A DNA stretch of 64,000 bases from an uncultured virus (IMG/VR IMGVR_UViG_3300028364_000031) (IMGVR_UViG_3300028364_000031), one strand, 5' to 3'. Shown: positions 38,439-48,530, counted from the stretch's first letter. Made by a program: numbers and translations. Notes: generated by a model not told the origin, from the sequence alone.

Positions 38439-40541
38439 TTAGCTTAAGAACTCTGAGTTAATCAAAGAGATATCGTATGGAGTTACGTCACCGTCCCAAG
38501 CAAATACATAGTCTGCATCGCCCCGATTATCGACAATTTCGTCACCTCTGGCTTCGGCATGGAGTCTGAAAACATCCCCAAGGGTAGTCTTCATGTTGGC
38601 CATAGAAGCGCTCATTTCCATGATTTCAGAAGATGATGCCATATTACTTTCTATGTTATTGCCACCCCAGCCCCAGTTGTAGTTACCACTACTTGAATGA
38701 GGTAAATCAATCCAAACTACTTCTCTGGTTTCCAAGTCGATCAACAGTGGTGTACATTTTCTTGTATTCCATTTAATATCGATCTTGTTTTCCACAGTCT
38801 TCGCATCATAAATCTCGTTACTTCCGGCAGAAGTTCTAGCCATCCAACCAGCGTAACAAGCCTCGTGATCTTCAAAGTTTGGACCACTGTATACGAATAC
38901 GTTCATCGAAACATAACGCGCATTCTTTCCCTGAGTAGCTTTGATTTTATCAATGTCGATATCAATGAACTCACTAGCACCATTATAGGCTCTAGTGATA
39001 TCACCGGAGTGACATGCTGCCAGTCCGGCACTTCTCAAATTGGTATAAGAAATATGCCCCATACCTTTAAAATCGTTATCAAGGAACAGCGCACTCAAAT
39101 CAATATCCTGACCCACCCAATAGATGAAAAATCTCACCGTGGACTTATCGTCATCAATCTTAACACGAGTTCCTCGCGCAAGCTGGCGTAAACCGTCACT
39201 CGTTTCCCGCTGCTGAGTGGGTAGTGGGCAGTTGTCCATTTCTGGAGAAATATACACTTTACCCAAATTGTCCATTTCTGAAAATCTCTGGACCAAGACT
39301 TCGTCAATTAGGCCAATGAGTTTTGTAGTGATGGCACTCGGCAACGCCTTTTGTCCGTCAATTTTTCTAGCAGACTTGATATTTCCTTTCGGAAGTACAA
39401 TTCGGAAACTAGAATTCTTTGATCGGTTCTGGAAGTGTCCACGCAACTGGAAGAGAACTCTGGTTGAAACCGCTGGGGCAACGCTCCGGAAAGCACTAAG
39501 AATTCTACCTCGCTTGTTATCAGTATCAACTTCTCTCAACAGCATATCCAGTCGTCTGGCCATTTCACCCGGACGATCCAGCAATAGTTTAGTGGCCTTC
39601 GCATAATGTCCACGTGCCAATAACTGTTCCAAATCTGAATAGAAATGGTTTATCTTTTCACCGTTTCGAAGTCCACGCATGGTATCCCATGCAGTGCGAG
39701 AAAAATCTCCTACGTGTAGGGAGTGTGCTAGTCGCTTCCACATACCACTATAGCGATAAATGTCTTCAGAAACTTGACGATTCCCACTTTCCACAGTCAA
39801 ACGGTCAAGCGTATTAACCAAAACTCGCCTCTGGCCTCTAGGGAGGCTCACAAACTTAGTGTTCGTCGCAAGAGACACATCGCCACCGGAAAGCTGTACA
39901 GCCACTCTCAGGAGGTCTGTGGAAGTCTTCACTAATCCACCAAGAGGGATACCATTCTGAACCATATAGGCTCCGATTAGTGCTACATTTTCTTTATACG
40001 GAATATTGTCTGGAAACTGTAGGTTCCCATAGTTCTGTAAAAACCACGTTACTACGCTTTTGTCATAATCAGAGATCGAATCGTTCGAAGACATAATTTG
40101 GGTAAAGATTCCCGCAAACCGTGTTTCATCAATCAATCTAATTTGGATCAACTTGGTATTTTCAAGTGCAAATGCTCTTGGCAACTTTTCATATTCAGGA
40201 GACCATTCACCAAAAGTCCAGTAGTGTCCGATAGCGTTCAAGAACAATTCTAGATCATCGGCCTCAAGAACCTGTTGTGGAAAATTCGGATACATTGGGT
40301 TATATTCTACGTCAGCACCCTTTAATGCCTTGAGTTCATTGATAAGGTTATTATATGTTGAATCACTATCTAGTGCCGCAAGGGCGTGTGCAAGTCCTTC
40401 ACTCAACACAAAACCTAAGCTAAGGACATTGGCTTGCAGTGTCATAACTTTTGTCATAGCTTTTGTCATATCTGTAGAATCTGTTGAACCGTTAATAACA
40501 ACCGCGTTTTCTTTCTTCAAAGCAATCTGTAACTTATTCAT
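38439..40541 (-). CDS. Large TerD-family protein (long helical N-terminus + C-terminal TerD domain)
   Basis: DIDLSALF, HSGDIT.A..GASEFIDID TerD motifs; MYPNFPQQV, RPGEMARRLD in N part. Confidence 0.8.
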   Translation of the reverse strand: MNKLQIALKKENAVVINGSTDSTDMTKAMTKVMTLQANVLSLGFVLSEGLAHALAALDSDSTYNNLINELKALKGADVEYNPMYPNFPQQVLEADDLELFLNAIGHYWTFGEWSPEYEKLPRAFALENTKLIQIRLIDETRFAGIFTQIMSSNDSISDYDKSVVTWFLQNYGNLQFPDNIPYKENVALIGAYMVQNGIPLGGLVKTSTDLLRVAVQLSGGDVSLATNTKFVSLPRGQRRVLVNTLDRLTVESGNRQVSEDIYRYSGMWKRLAHSLHVGDFSRTAWDTMRGLRNGEKINHFYSDLEQLLARGHYAKATKLLLDRPGEMARRLDMLLREVDTDNKRGRILSAFRSVAPAVSTRVLFQLRGHFQNRSKNSSFRIVLPKGNIKSARKIDGQKALPSAITTKLIGLIDEVLVQRFSEMDNLGKVYISPEMDNCPLPTQQRETSDGLRQLARGTRVKIDDDKSTVRFFIYWVGQDIDLSALFLDNDFKGMGHISYTNLRSAGLAACHSGDITRAYNGASEFIDIDIDKIKATQGKNARYVSMNVFVYSGPNFEDHEACYAGWMARTSAGSNEIYDAKTVENKIDIKWNTRKCTPLLIDLETREVVWIDLPHSSSGNYNWGWGGNNIESNMASSSEIMEMSASMANMKTTLGDVFRLHAEARGDEIVDNRGDADYVFAWDGDVTPYDISLINSEFLS

Positions 40542-40545
40542 TTTA

Positions 40546-40824
40546 TTATCCTTTGTTTAATAGTAATTCTAATCGTTCTTCAATATCTGCTAGGCAATCA
40601 CCACTGGCAATCACCGTTTCTTGTGATTCATCCCTAAGTTCAACACACATCGTAGCAGTGTCGTCAACCCGTCGAAAATACTCAACAATACCTAACTGCT
40701 CTTTACCCAGCTTTGCAGAAATTAAGAAGCTTTCGTCAGTTTCGTAAAGAGTAAATATATCATAGTAGGGGTGGACTGTCAAGGCTAATCTTTTCAGTTT
40801 TTCTACATGTTCTTCAAAAGTCAA
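40546..40824 (-). CDS. Hypothetical protein
   Basis: GAGG RBS; directly upstream of TerD gene. Confidence 0.6.
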   Translation of the reverse strand: MTFEEHVEKLKRLALTVHPYYDIFTLYETDESFLISAKLGKEQLGIVEYFRRVDDTATMCVELRDESQETVIASGDCLADIEERLELLLNKG

Positions 40825-40878
40825 TTTTCATACCTCTACTATGTGAAGAGGTTATTATATGGGGAAAGGGCTATCTAG

Positions 40879-41082
40879 TCAAGAGGTTGTTGGTAAAAAT
40901 TGTAAAGTGGGTACTGTGAAGGGTACGTGGGGATTATCAAAAATGAATTCAACCGTTTCCCTACAAGTGCCACAGCAATCACTTGCTCCCGTTTTGAAAA
41001 CAAGTTCGGCTACACATTGTGAATCTTTTGCATATTTTCTAAGTGTTTCTTCGGTTACAGCTTTGCAAGAACATATGTACAT
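40879..41082 (-). CDS. bfd: Bacterioferritin-associated ferredoxin [2Fe-2S]
   Basis: MYICSC.AVT....CGTC motif; AAGGAG RBS. Confidence 0.85.
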   Translation of the reverse strand: MYICSCKAVTEETLRKYAKDSQCVAELVFKTGASDCCGTCRETVEFIFDNPHVPFTVPTLQFLPTTS

Positions 41083-41104
41083 TACACGCTCCTTGTTTGT
41101 ATAT

Positions 41105-41180
41105 TGGAGCGGCTGGTGGGGAACGATCCCACGACCTCCTGTTTGGCAAACAGGTGTTCTACCAACTGAACTACAGCCGC
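41105..41180 (-). tRNA. tRNA-Gly(GCC)
   Basis: Cloverleaf, loop TT-GCC-AA, UCCA end; atypical T loop ATCGTTC. Confidence 0.92.
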
Positions 41181-41268
41181 ACTGTTGTATTTATGTTAAA
41201 GCTTAATATACAATAATCGCAATACGCTGTCAACATGTTTCAAGTAAAACGGGAGAATAACTGATTAT

Positions 41269-41344
41269 TGGTGGCGATAGGAGGGATTGAACCTCCGACC
41301 TTTCCCGTATGAAGGGACTGCTCTACCAACTGAGCTACATCGCC
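41269..41344 (-). tRNA. tRNA with CAT anticodon (elongator Met or Ile2)
   Basis: Cloverleaf, loop TT-CAT-AC, CCA. Confidence 0.9.
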
Positions 41345-41352
41345 AATATTTT

Positions 41353-41982
41353 CTATTTAGTTGATTTTACCGATTCTCTTTCAATTATTGCTTTCAAAAA
41401 TGTAAGGTCAAGGGCACTTCCCAACTCATAACTAAAACCTTGTGCTATTGGATTACCGAATAGCCATGTGGCATATCCATGTTCCTTTATAGTATATGGG
41501 TTATCTAAAATCTTATCCCAAATAAGTTCACGTGTCAAGTAATCTACTCTAGCCTGTTTGTATTCTGTTGGTGTTAAGTGTTCTTCATCTTCATACCACG
41601 GGTCTGTCTGATTCTGATAGTGATAATCTGAAAAACGTCCGTCATTTTCCAACGCTAGATTTAGCTCAACTGCACGAAAAGATCGGTCAGCGAAAAAAAT
41701 CACGAACAATCGATCTTCGCACGGATGTATCGTGATGGTAGATTTAAAGTCGAGAATGTCACTAATCTGGTTATATGCCTTTGTGGTCTGTGCTTCAACA
41801 TCTATCAATGTCGATGCTAGTGCCTCTTGGACACTCAAACCTTTTTGCATGCGAGATTCTATTGTGCGTTCAACACGAGTTACGTAATGTTGAATCCATT
41901 CAAGCCTTAACGCTTTACTGAATTCCAGAAGCTCTTCTATGGTTCCATGAAATTCATATGCATTGTAAATTTTTGTACTCAT
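41353..41982 (-). CDS. Hypothetical phage protein (MSTKIYNAY..DYHYQNQTD)
   Basis: ATGA-coupled to upstream gene. Confidence 0.75.
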   Translation of the reverse strand: MSTKIYNAYEFHGTIEELLEFSKALRLEWIQHYVTRVERTIESRMQKGLSVQEALASTLIDVEAQTTKAYNQISDILDFKSTITIHPCEDRLFVIFFADRSFRAVELNLALENDGRFSDYHYQNQTDPWYEDEEHLTPTEYKQARVDYLTRELIWDKILDNPYTIKEHGYATWLFGNPIAQGFSYELGSALDLTFLKAIIERESVKSTK

Positions 41983-42398
41983 CCTTCTCCACCCCCATAT
42001 TGTGGTATTCTCATCCACCCCTTATATGTAATATCTGAAAACTTCACAATGTCAATTCCCCTTTCTTCGTATTTAAAGGTGGAACTATTTCGGATATATG
42101 CCCACAGGTCATACCGATTTAGTGGGGCATCCAATGGTAACTTTGCTGAGGTTTCACCATGTATCGTAAAGGTGTCTCCACCACTATCCTCAACCTCGGA
42201 TTCCCATGCTATGATAATTTCACCATGTTCTGGAATCTCTTCCATGGGGTGCCATTTGAGTGCATCCGTTGCCCACTGCAACACTTCAAAGTTCCAAGCA
42301 GCGGGTAAGTAGTTATCGATGCTATACAATGAGGTACGCATCAACTGTGAAAGTTGCTCAAGCCTGTCAACAATTCTATTACATTTGTGTATTTTCAT
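41979..42398 (-). CDS. Hypothetical protein
   Basis: Operon position. Confidence 0.65.
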   Translation of the reverse strand: MKIHKCNRIVDRLEQLSQLMRTSLYSIDNYLPAAWNFEVLQWATDALKWHPMEEIPEHGEIIIAWESEVEDSGGDTFTIHGETSAKLPLDAPLNRYDLWAYIRNSSTFKYEERGIDIVKFSDITYKGWMRIPQYGGGEG

Positions 42399-42400
42399 CG

Positions 42401-43117
42401 TTATATACTATCACATGTTTGGCGTGTTGTCAAACAGTTTTGTGCCAAAGAAACTATTCTATCCAATCCTATGGATATTTCTGTTACTATAGCATTAGTA
42501 TAATCATTTCTGATTGAACATGATGCTATTTCTTTCCACCCTTTAGTGGTGTTTAATTCTATATCTAGCGTTGACTCTGAATATGACGGTAGCCTGTCAG
42601 ACGGGACTACCCTACTTTCTTTACCCATAAACATTTCGACATCTTTTCTAATGGCTTTTATCATTTCACCTCTATAATCAGCTTTAGTAGTACTAGAATA
42701 TATGCACTGGAACTCTAGCTGCCAAAATTCTAGAAAGCGAAGTTTGGATGCTGATGCACCGTCATTCAACTCCCTCCTAAATGACTTGCCAGCTTGCCAT
42801 ATACACAGTGGAAGCTTTTTCCTCGAATGTTGGGCATATTGATAACTTCCCATGGTAGTCTCGGCACGTAGTGCTAGAGGTTGTCCATTAGCAGAATGGT
42901 TCGTAGAGAATACGTCATTGTCGCTATATTCTTTAGATACAAAATCGCTTGGGGTTAATATTGGAGATTCTACCCGCTCAATATACCATGCATTGTTTAT
43001 ATCTCTCAACGTTTTTGAAACTGTTGCAGTGATATGTGTTGTAGCCATCTCTCTAAAAAGTATTTCCTTTTCGGACCAGAATCTCAATCCTCCAAGTTTA
43101 TATAATGGTTCACTCAT
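42401..43117 (-). CDS. Stand-alone class II aminoacyl-tRNA synthetase catalytic domain (Gly/Ser/Pro/Thr subclass IIa-like), no anticodon-binding domain
   Basis: Motif 1 VESPILTP, LRAETT, motif 2 QAGKSFRRE...LRFLEFWQLEFQ, EIASCS, motif 3 SIGLDRI close to the C-terminus. Confidence 0.82.
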   Translation of the reverse strand: MSEPLYKLGGLRFWSEKEILFREMATTHITATVSKTLRDINNAWYIERVESPILTPSDFVSKEYSDNDVFSTNHSANGQPLALRAETTMGSYQYAQHSRKKLPLCIWQAGKSFRRELNDGASASKLRFLEFWQLEFQCIYSSTTKADYRGEMIKAIRKDVEMFMGKESRVVPSDRLPSYSESTLDIELNTTKGWKEIASCSIRNDYTNAIVTEISIGLDRIVSLAQNCLTTRQTCDSI

Positions 43118-43147
43118 TGTTTTTCCTATTATTGTTTTCTCTAAAGG

Positions 43148-43216
43148 TGGTGCCTCATGAGAGAATTGAACTCTCGACAGTCTGGGTTTAGAATCCTATG
43201 TCAACCGTTATGAGGC
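43148..43216 (-). ncRNA. 69-nt tRNA-like RNA lacking a D stem, with TT-CTA-AA apical loop
   Basis: Perfect acceptor GCCTCAT/ATGAGGC + ACCA, T arm GAGAG-TTCAATT-CTCTC; weak anticodon stem. Confidence 0.7.
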
Positions 43217-43545
43217 AATGTAGCACCGAAACTTAAAACCCATCTTGATCCCTTTTCGATAGTTGTAACTCTATGATAGTTAGAGTCTGCCCTAAATAAA
43301 CAAAATCTCCACCATTTGAATATGACATTTTGGCATATAAACTTGCCACCCTGTTCGGCCTTTTTTAGTTCAATGTTGAACCGAAAATGCCTACCATGTT
43401 TACTAGGGTCTTTGTGTTTGGGGATGTGCGAACCCTCTTTATAATGAAAGAGGTATGTATCCCATCTAAACTTCTTACTATAGAAGATCGTGAAAATTCG
43501 ATATCCAGTATCAAATTTATCGTTTCCCCATCTCCATAATCTCAA
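43201..43545 (-). CDS. 2OG-Fe(II) oxygenase-like protein
   Basis: IPKHKDP (HxD), YHRVT, R.VLS. Confidence 0.78.
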   Translation of the reverse strand: MRLWRWGNDKFDTGYRIFTIFYSKKFRWDTYLFHYKEGSHIPKHKDPSKHGRHFRFNIELKKAEQGGKFICQNVIFKWWRFCLFRADSNYHRVTTIEKGSRWVLSFGATLPHNG

Positions 43546-43586
43546 TGTTGGTGTGACTTTTTTAGGTTTCTACATAGTGTTATTCC

Positions 43587-43862
43587 TTATTTTTTATTGT
43601 TCGTACTATCGTCATCTTTAATCCATTCTAGGAGTGCAAGTTCAATCCTCTGTATTAAATTTATGTCTACTGACACTGAACATCGTTTCAGCATTCTTGC
43701 ACGGTAAATGGCTTTTTGTAGTGCAATTAATTCAGTTTCTAGAGTACCAGTGAAACATTTCATGTTCTCATCTCGTCTCATCTCGTCTAGTAGAGTTGAC
43801 ACCTTTTTTGCATACTGTTCAAGAGATGCTTCTGTATCTAGGTTTAATGTTATTTGTGTCAT
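43587..43862 (-). CDS. Hypothetical protein
   Basis: Coupled to upstream gene. Confidence 0.65.
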   Translation of the reverse strand: MTQITLNLDTEASLEQYAKKVSTLLDEMRRDENMKCFTGTLETELIALQKAIYRARMLKRCSVSVDINLIQRIELALLEWIKDDDSTNNKK

Positions 43863-44284
43863 ACTTTTATTCCTGATTGAATTATAATCATAGCAATTAT
43901 GGCGTAATGTGTCAAGTGGTGAACAGTCTGATCAAAACCCAAACACATCCAATATGGCTTGTTATTCATATCTTTGTATCTACCCAGCATTGATGGAGAA
44001 GCTTTAATCCTGTCCATGGTGAAATGTATCACAAAATCAATACTAAGGCATATTAGTGACCATATCATGACTGTTTGTATATCGATTTGGAAGTACATAA
44101 GGGTGAAAAAGGTAATAATACCTGATAATATCGCATGATCACCTGCATGTTTAGTCAAGGGCCACACCCAACCATTCGCGTTAAACTTAGCCATTCCATC
44201 TTTTCGAAACAATTGTATCACAAAGTCAGCGAGAAAGTGTTTTGCTTGAAAAACAATTAACAGTGTGAATACTGTAGTAAACAT
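43859..44284 (-). CDS. DUF3307-like membrane protein
   Basis: KHFLADF..Q, HAGDH, HFTMDRIK, GFDQTVHHL. Confidence 0.82.
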   Translation of the reverse strand: MFTTVFTLLIVFQAKHFLADFVIQLFRKDGMAKFNANGWVWPLTKHAGDHAILSGIITFFTLMYFQIDIQTVMIWSLICLSIDFVIHFTMDRIKASPSMLGRYKDMNNKPYWMCLGFDQTVHHLTHYAIIAMIIIQSGIKV

Positions 44285-44322
44285 TATACAACCCCCATAG
44301 TTACACAAATGATATCAAGCAC

Positions 44323-45009
44323 TTATAATACTCCCTTATGACAAAACAGTTCAGAAACACCTTCATACGTAGGTTCAAATTCTGAAACGGTCGTACCATC
44401 CCGAAAGATGAAGGTGCCATTCCTTAATCTAGGCTCCAGTGTTTGCCATGCTGGGATTCCTGCTTCTTCTAACATCTTATACATCGCTTCTGTATTCTTC
44501 CCGATCAAACTCTTGTGACTAAAGTGTGCTCTACAATACATTTGGAGACTGTTTCTTTTCCAATCTTTAACTCTCCACAAGAAAGCGTTTACAGCATCAC
44601 TCTCCGGCACGTTGAAAGCTCTAGCGTCGAAGGCTGCAAGGTTAAGGTCCCCCCCAACGTATGTGCGAAGAATATTATTAAAGTTTGCGGTCATTAACGA
44701 AGCTGAAATGCTTGCGATTTTTTGTTGTTTATTGTCAAACCAAAATTCACTTCGAGGATCGGAACTGTGAAGCATAAATGTTGCTTCATCAGACTGAACA
44801 TATGCGACTCTAAAGTTCTGCATATCTTTTGATATGGTTTCTACCGTATCTACCATAGTGGAGATATAACCACCACTAAATGGTTTTGTGAAACCTTTTA
44901 AAAAGGTGTGGAACGCTCTACCATCTACGCGAATGAAAACGGGAACCCTTGGAGTCAACCTAGGGTTTGCACATTTTTCATAACTTTTCATTCTATCACC
45001 TAAATTCAT
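44323..45009 (-). CDS. tRNA(His) guanylyltransferase Thg1-like 3'-5' polymerase
   Basis: RMKSYE, IRVDGRAFH, YVQSDE, FDAR, FLWR..D..RNS. Confidence 0.92.
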   Translation of the reverse strand: MNLGDRMKSYEKCANPRLTPRVPVFIRVDGRAFHTFLKGFTKPFSGGYISTMVDTVETISKDMQNFRVAYVQSDEATFMLHSSDPRSEFWFDNKQQKIASISASLMTANFNNILRTYVGGDLNLAAFDARAFNVPESDAVNAFLWRVKDWKRNSLQMYCRAHFSHKSLIGKNTEAMYKMLEEAGIPAWQTLEPRLRNGTFIFRDGTTVSEFEPTYEGVSELFCHKGVL

Positions 45010-45018
45010 ATTAATTAC

Positions 45019-45330
45019 CTAATGTGCTGTTGGTTGTGCTGATATTGCGTCGATAACCTCTGGAAAATCTTCAGCCATTTGCTCTCTGGTAGCAATAAAG
45101 TGTTTAAGAGGGCTTGTTAGTTCCGTGAGACCGAATTCTTCATCAGTCCGCAATTCTTCATACGCTGCCTCAATATTTTCATCCGTGGGATATGATTTAA
45201 GTCCAATAAAGTGGTAAACATTAATCATATCACTTTCTAATAAGTAAAAACCCATAAAATATTCACAAGAGTTCATGAACTCTTGTGAATCGTCTCTATC
45301 TGTAACTCCATCTAATAATCTATGTTCCAT
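45019..45330 (-). CDS. Hypothetical protein
   Basis: AGGAGAG RBS. Confidence 0.7.
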   Translation of the reverse strand: MEHRLLDGVTDRDDSQEFMNSCEYFMGFYLLESDMINVYHFIGLKSYPTDENIEAAYEELRTDEEFGLTELTSPLKHFIATREQMAEDFPEVIDAISAQPTAH

Positions 45331-45342
45331 TTGTTAACTCTC

Positions 45343-45537
45343 CTATAATATTTTTTGGTTTAATGTAGCTTTAGTGACAACAGTATGTTCACTATCACTA
45401 ATCCTAATCCGGTTCTCTAAAACTTGATTGCGTTCGCCACACTTTTTCAGTTTATGGCGAACCATAACAGTTAATATTACTGACCATGCAATTAGTATCA
45501 GTAATAGTGTATAAATTATTTCATAGTTATTCATCAT
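45343..45537 (-). CDS. Small membrane protein
   Basis: N-terminal hydrophobic helix. Confidence 0.55.
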   Translation of the reverse strand: MMNNYEIIYTLLLILIAWSVILTVMVRHKLKKCGERNQVLENRIRISDSEHTVVTKATLNQKIL

Positions 45538-45776
45538 CTTTCGGTTCTTCCATTCTCTTTATTAATTGATATGATATGATGGCAGATACTGCCCATATGC
45601 CAGCAACTAAAAATGCTAATTCTAGTCCTGTCATTGGGATCGCCTATTATGTAAAGGATAATTATACTGAATGTTTTTGCAACTGTCAATCATTTTTTGG
45701 TTATTTTCCATTTAGTACACACTTTTCCGTTATCCCTATATTTTAGCCTTAAGTGGGGGTGAATGTCAACCCCAGT

Positions 45777-48485
45777 TTATGGATTTCTATAATTTCTGTC
45801 GAAACGTTGTTGGATGGGTAAAGATGTAGTTGCTGATGTATCTACGTTTCTCAAAAAGATGTTTTGAAATTGGATCGACACTATTGCAATATCCACTGCT
45901 TCAGTCTGTACAGTTGTCGAAAATGTGCCAGTAGTAACTTCTTCTTGACCAGCTATTTCGGTTGATGTTCCGGCTTCATAGACTCTAACCTCTGTTGGAT
46001 TTTGTAAGCCGGTTAGAGTGAGAGTTGCTGGGTTAACAACAGTGATATTTCCACCCCGGAATGTAAAGCATTTATTCGGGTTAGTGTTAGAACCGTTTAA
46101 ATTAGTGATAGTCAATGTACCTCCCCCTCTCCACTCTACCTCCATTGAGATGTTACTATTAAACGTAATGTTATCGAAGTCTAGGGCTAGGGGTGCGCCG
46201 GACCCAGTACTTGGTTGCATTATCCGTATGGACAGAGAGGCGTTATCTCTAACCGTGTCGGCTAACGCATCAATTGCAATTTGCATGTTAACTTGTGTGT
46301 CAGACGCAATAGTGGTTACGGGTCTAGCACCCCGATGAAACAGTTCTAACATTCCTGAGTCGCTTACATTTGTAGTCCAGTTGAACCAGTTAGCGTAATA
46401 TGTGTCTCTTTGGCTCGGAAAGACAACATCAGTTCCTCCTACTTCCAAGGAGTCTGAGGGGCCACCAAAAGATATATTTGAAGAGTGTGCGTCTAAATCG
46501 CCGGAAGTCATAGGATTGCCAACTGAGTTTTCTTGTTTTATCCCATCCAAATATAAATCAAATGTGGCCGGGGATTCAGCATGGTCAAATCTGAACATTA
46601 TTAAATAATCCCTATCCGGATCAAGTTTGTCGTTAGAAAAGGATTGTACGTTGTCATCCTCGGAATCCGCGTAGGAAGCAATTAAAACATTTCCCATTCC
46701 CGTAAAAAATGCTACGTTGTTAACGCTACCTCCTTCCTCGTATATACATGTCAATGCAGGATCAACACCCCCTAGACGAATCCAACCCCCAAATGCTCTT
46801 ACCGTTTGTGTATCGTTTATATTGGTTGAATTGTCACATGTTCTTTTTTGGCCATTGGGCTGGTCGTTTACTCTCCAAGCGTGTGTATTCTGTTCACAAA
46901 TGGGTTCCGTTACAAATGTCCCACCCCCTCCGGTAACAACGGTGGTAATGGGATTGGCACCAACGGAGTCAGCATAGCCATCATCATTAAACCTCCACCA
47001 ATGATTTGGGCCTAGTCCGTCAATTACGGTAAAGTAGTCCGGTAAATCTGGCACCCCAAAAAATGTTGGTACTAGACCACTGGAGTTAGAATCATCATCA
47101 GTCACTTTCGCGTAAATAGTTGTGCCCTCTGTCAAAGCACCTTGAGTAAGATCAAAAACTATTTCCTCGTCCGTCCATGAGTCCACAGTTTGTAAGACTG
47201 TTATTGTACCAACCAGATCACTGAGGAATTCAAGAGTTCCAGTGCCTTGTGTAGCCCCAAAGTTTACTCCATCTATCACTATGTTTTGCTGGTTTTCTAC
47301 TATTTGATTATCACCACCGTCTACTGAGAATATAATGGGATCATCACCCAATAGTTGAGATAGATCAACAATGGCATATGCAGCTCTTACAGTATTTCCT
47401 GAACGGTGAACCCAGTGCCTGATCACGTAACTCGAACCACTGTCTATAATAATTGCATTCAATGCACCACGGGCGTGTGCTCTTCCTTCACCACTGGTTC
47501 CGGGGAACCATTCTAATGCCAAACTATTAATTGGGGTTCCGTAGTCAGTTCCAGTCGGGCTTAAAATATCAGTACCGTAAGAATTGTTACCCTCAACTAT
47601 ATTTGAGTTCGTACTTCTATATACACTAAGTGTGGGGGTTCCTAGTACATAAGCATAGGCTGCACCGTCATTATTAGAAGCACGGTTATCCAAGGTCATC
47701 CTTACTTGGTTAGAAGAACTTCCGGGCAGTGCATACAACAAAGTGTCAGATAATCCTGTTTCGATTGAATCACCTTCCATAGAAGCCTGAATGATCATCG
47801 CATTAGACCAATTCAAAATGTCTAACGTTGTTCCTGAAGTCCCATCGGAATCTTGGTTTATTGTTACAACCTCACCCCCGCCGGGGAAACTGCTCCCGTC
47901 CCCATGAGTCGTAGTTCTGGCACAGCCGACTAACCAAGCAGAGCCGGTAAACTCAACTAAATCATACGCGCAAACCGCAGAAGTACCAGTATTATTTCTT
48001 GAAAAAACTACTTCCGAAGAGGTGTTTAGATGACATCCAATAGTTGCAGTTCCCCAATCACTACTACTTGATGCGGCGGTCGTATATCCGTTATAAAATG
48101 GAATACAATTGTTTCTTGTTGTGATCCCTGAAACCGCTATTGTCGCGCTTGAACCAGTTAATGTGGTTGTGCCTCTTTGGCGAGATACAAACTCATATAT
48201 TCCACCGGGTGCGCCTATATACACCCAAACTTCAAACATAATTTTTGAAGTATTGGTTGTTTGTTTATTGAACGTTACCTCAGTTGTACCAGTCAAGCTC
48301 AATCTAACACCAACAATATTCGGAGCTAAATCTGAGGTATTAAGCACTTCACCACCGCTATCTTGTCGGGATGAACCAACAATACGGATGAATGCGTTAC
48401 TGATATTGGTGACATTATCAATAGTGATCGTGCCGGAAGTTCCTGATATGTTCCTATCATATCTGTCTATTCGTATAACTGACAT
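45777..48485 (-). CDS. Virion adhesin/tail-associated protein with IPT/TIG-like and LamG/concanavalin-like domains
   Basis: T/S/G-rich 902 aa; I.G.NFGATQG..W.D..I; WWRFND..GGWIR..YEEGG..LYLDG; C-terminal ~420 aa paralogous to 48531..49775. Confidence 0.75.
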   Translation of the reverse strand: MSVIRIDRYDRNISGTSGTITIDNVTNISNAFIRIVGSSRQDSGGEVLNTSDLAPNIVGVRLSLTGTTEVTFNKQTTNTSKIMFEVWVYIGAPGGIYEFVSRQRGTTTLTGSSATIAVSGITTRNNCIPFYNGYTTAASSSSDWGTATIGCHLNTSSEVVFSRNNTGTSAVCAYDLVEFTGSAWLVGCARTTTHGDGSSFPGGGEVVTINQDSDGTSGTTLDILNWSNAMIIQASMEGDSIETGLSDTLLYALPGSSSNQVRMTLDNRASNNDGAAYAYVLGTPTLSVYRSTNSNIVEGNNSYGTDILSPTGTDYGTPINSLALEWFPGTSGEGRAHARGALNAIIIDSGSSYVIRHWVHRSGNTVRAAYAIVDLSQLLGDDPIIFSVDGGDNQIVENQQNIVIDGVNFGATQGTGTLEFLSDLVGTITVLQTVDSWTDEEIVFDLTQGALTEGTTIYAKVTDDDSNSSGLVPTFFGVPDLPDYFTVIDGLGPNHWWRFNDDGYADSVGANPITTVVTGGGGTFVTEPICEQNTHAWRVNDQPNGQKRTCDNSTNINDTQTVRAFGGWIRLGGVDPALTCIYEEGGSVNNVAFFTGMGNVLIASYADSEDDNVQSFSNDKLDPDRDYLIMFRFDHAESPATFDLYLDGIKQENSVGNPMTSGDLDAHSSNISFGGPSDSLEVGGTDVVFPSQRDTYYANWFNWTTNVSDSGMLELFHRGARPVTTIASDTQVNMQIAIDALADTVRDNASLSIRIMQPSTGSGAPLALDFDNITFNSNISMEVEWRGGGTLTITNLNGSNTNPNKCFTFRGGNITVVNPATLTLTGLQNPTEVRVYEAGTSTEIAGQEEVTTGTFSTTVQTEAVDIAIVSIQFQNIFLRNVDTSATTSLPIQQRFDRNYRNP

Positions 48486-48530
48486 TAGTTGTCCCTATTC
48501 CTATTAAAGTTTATTTTTGAGATGCTTTTG

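Noticed and set aside
42401..43216. Genome-wide TAG recoding suggested by the CUA loop
   Set aside because: Long genes (902, 700, 494 aa) are intact in the standard code and several genes end normally at TAG; coding density is already high
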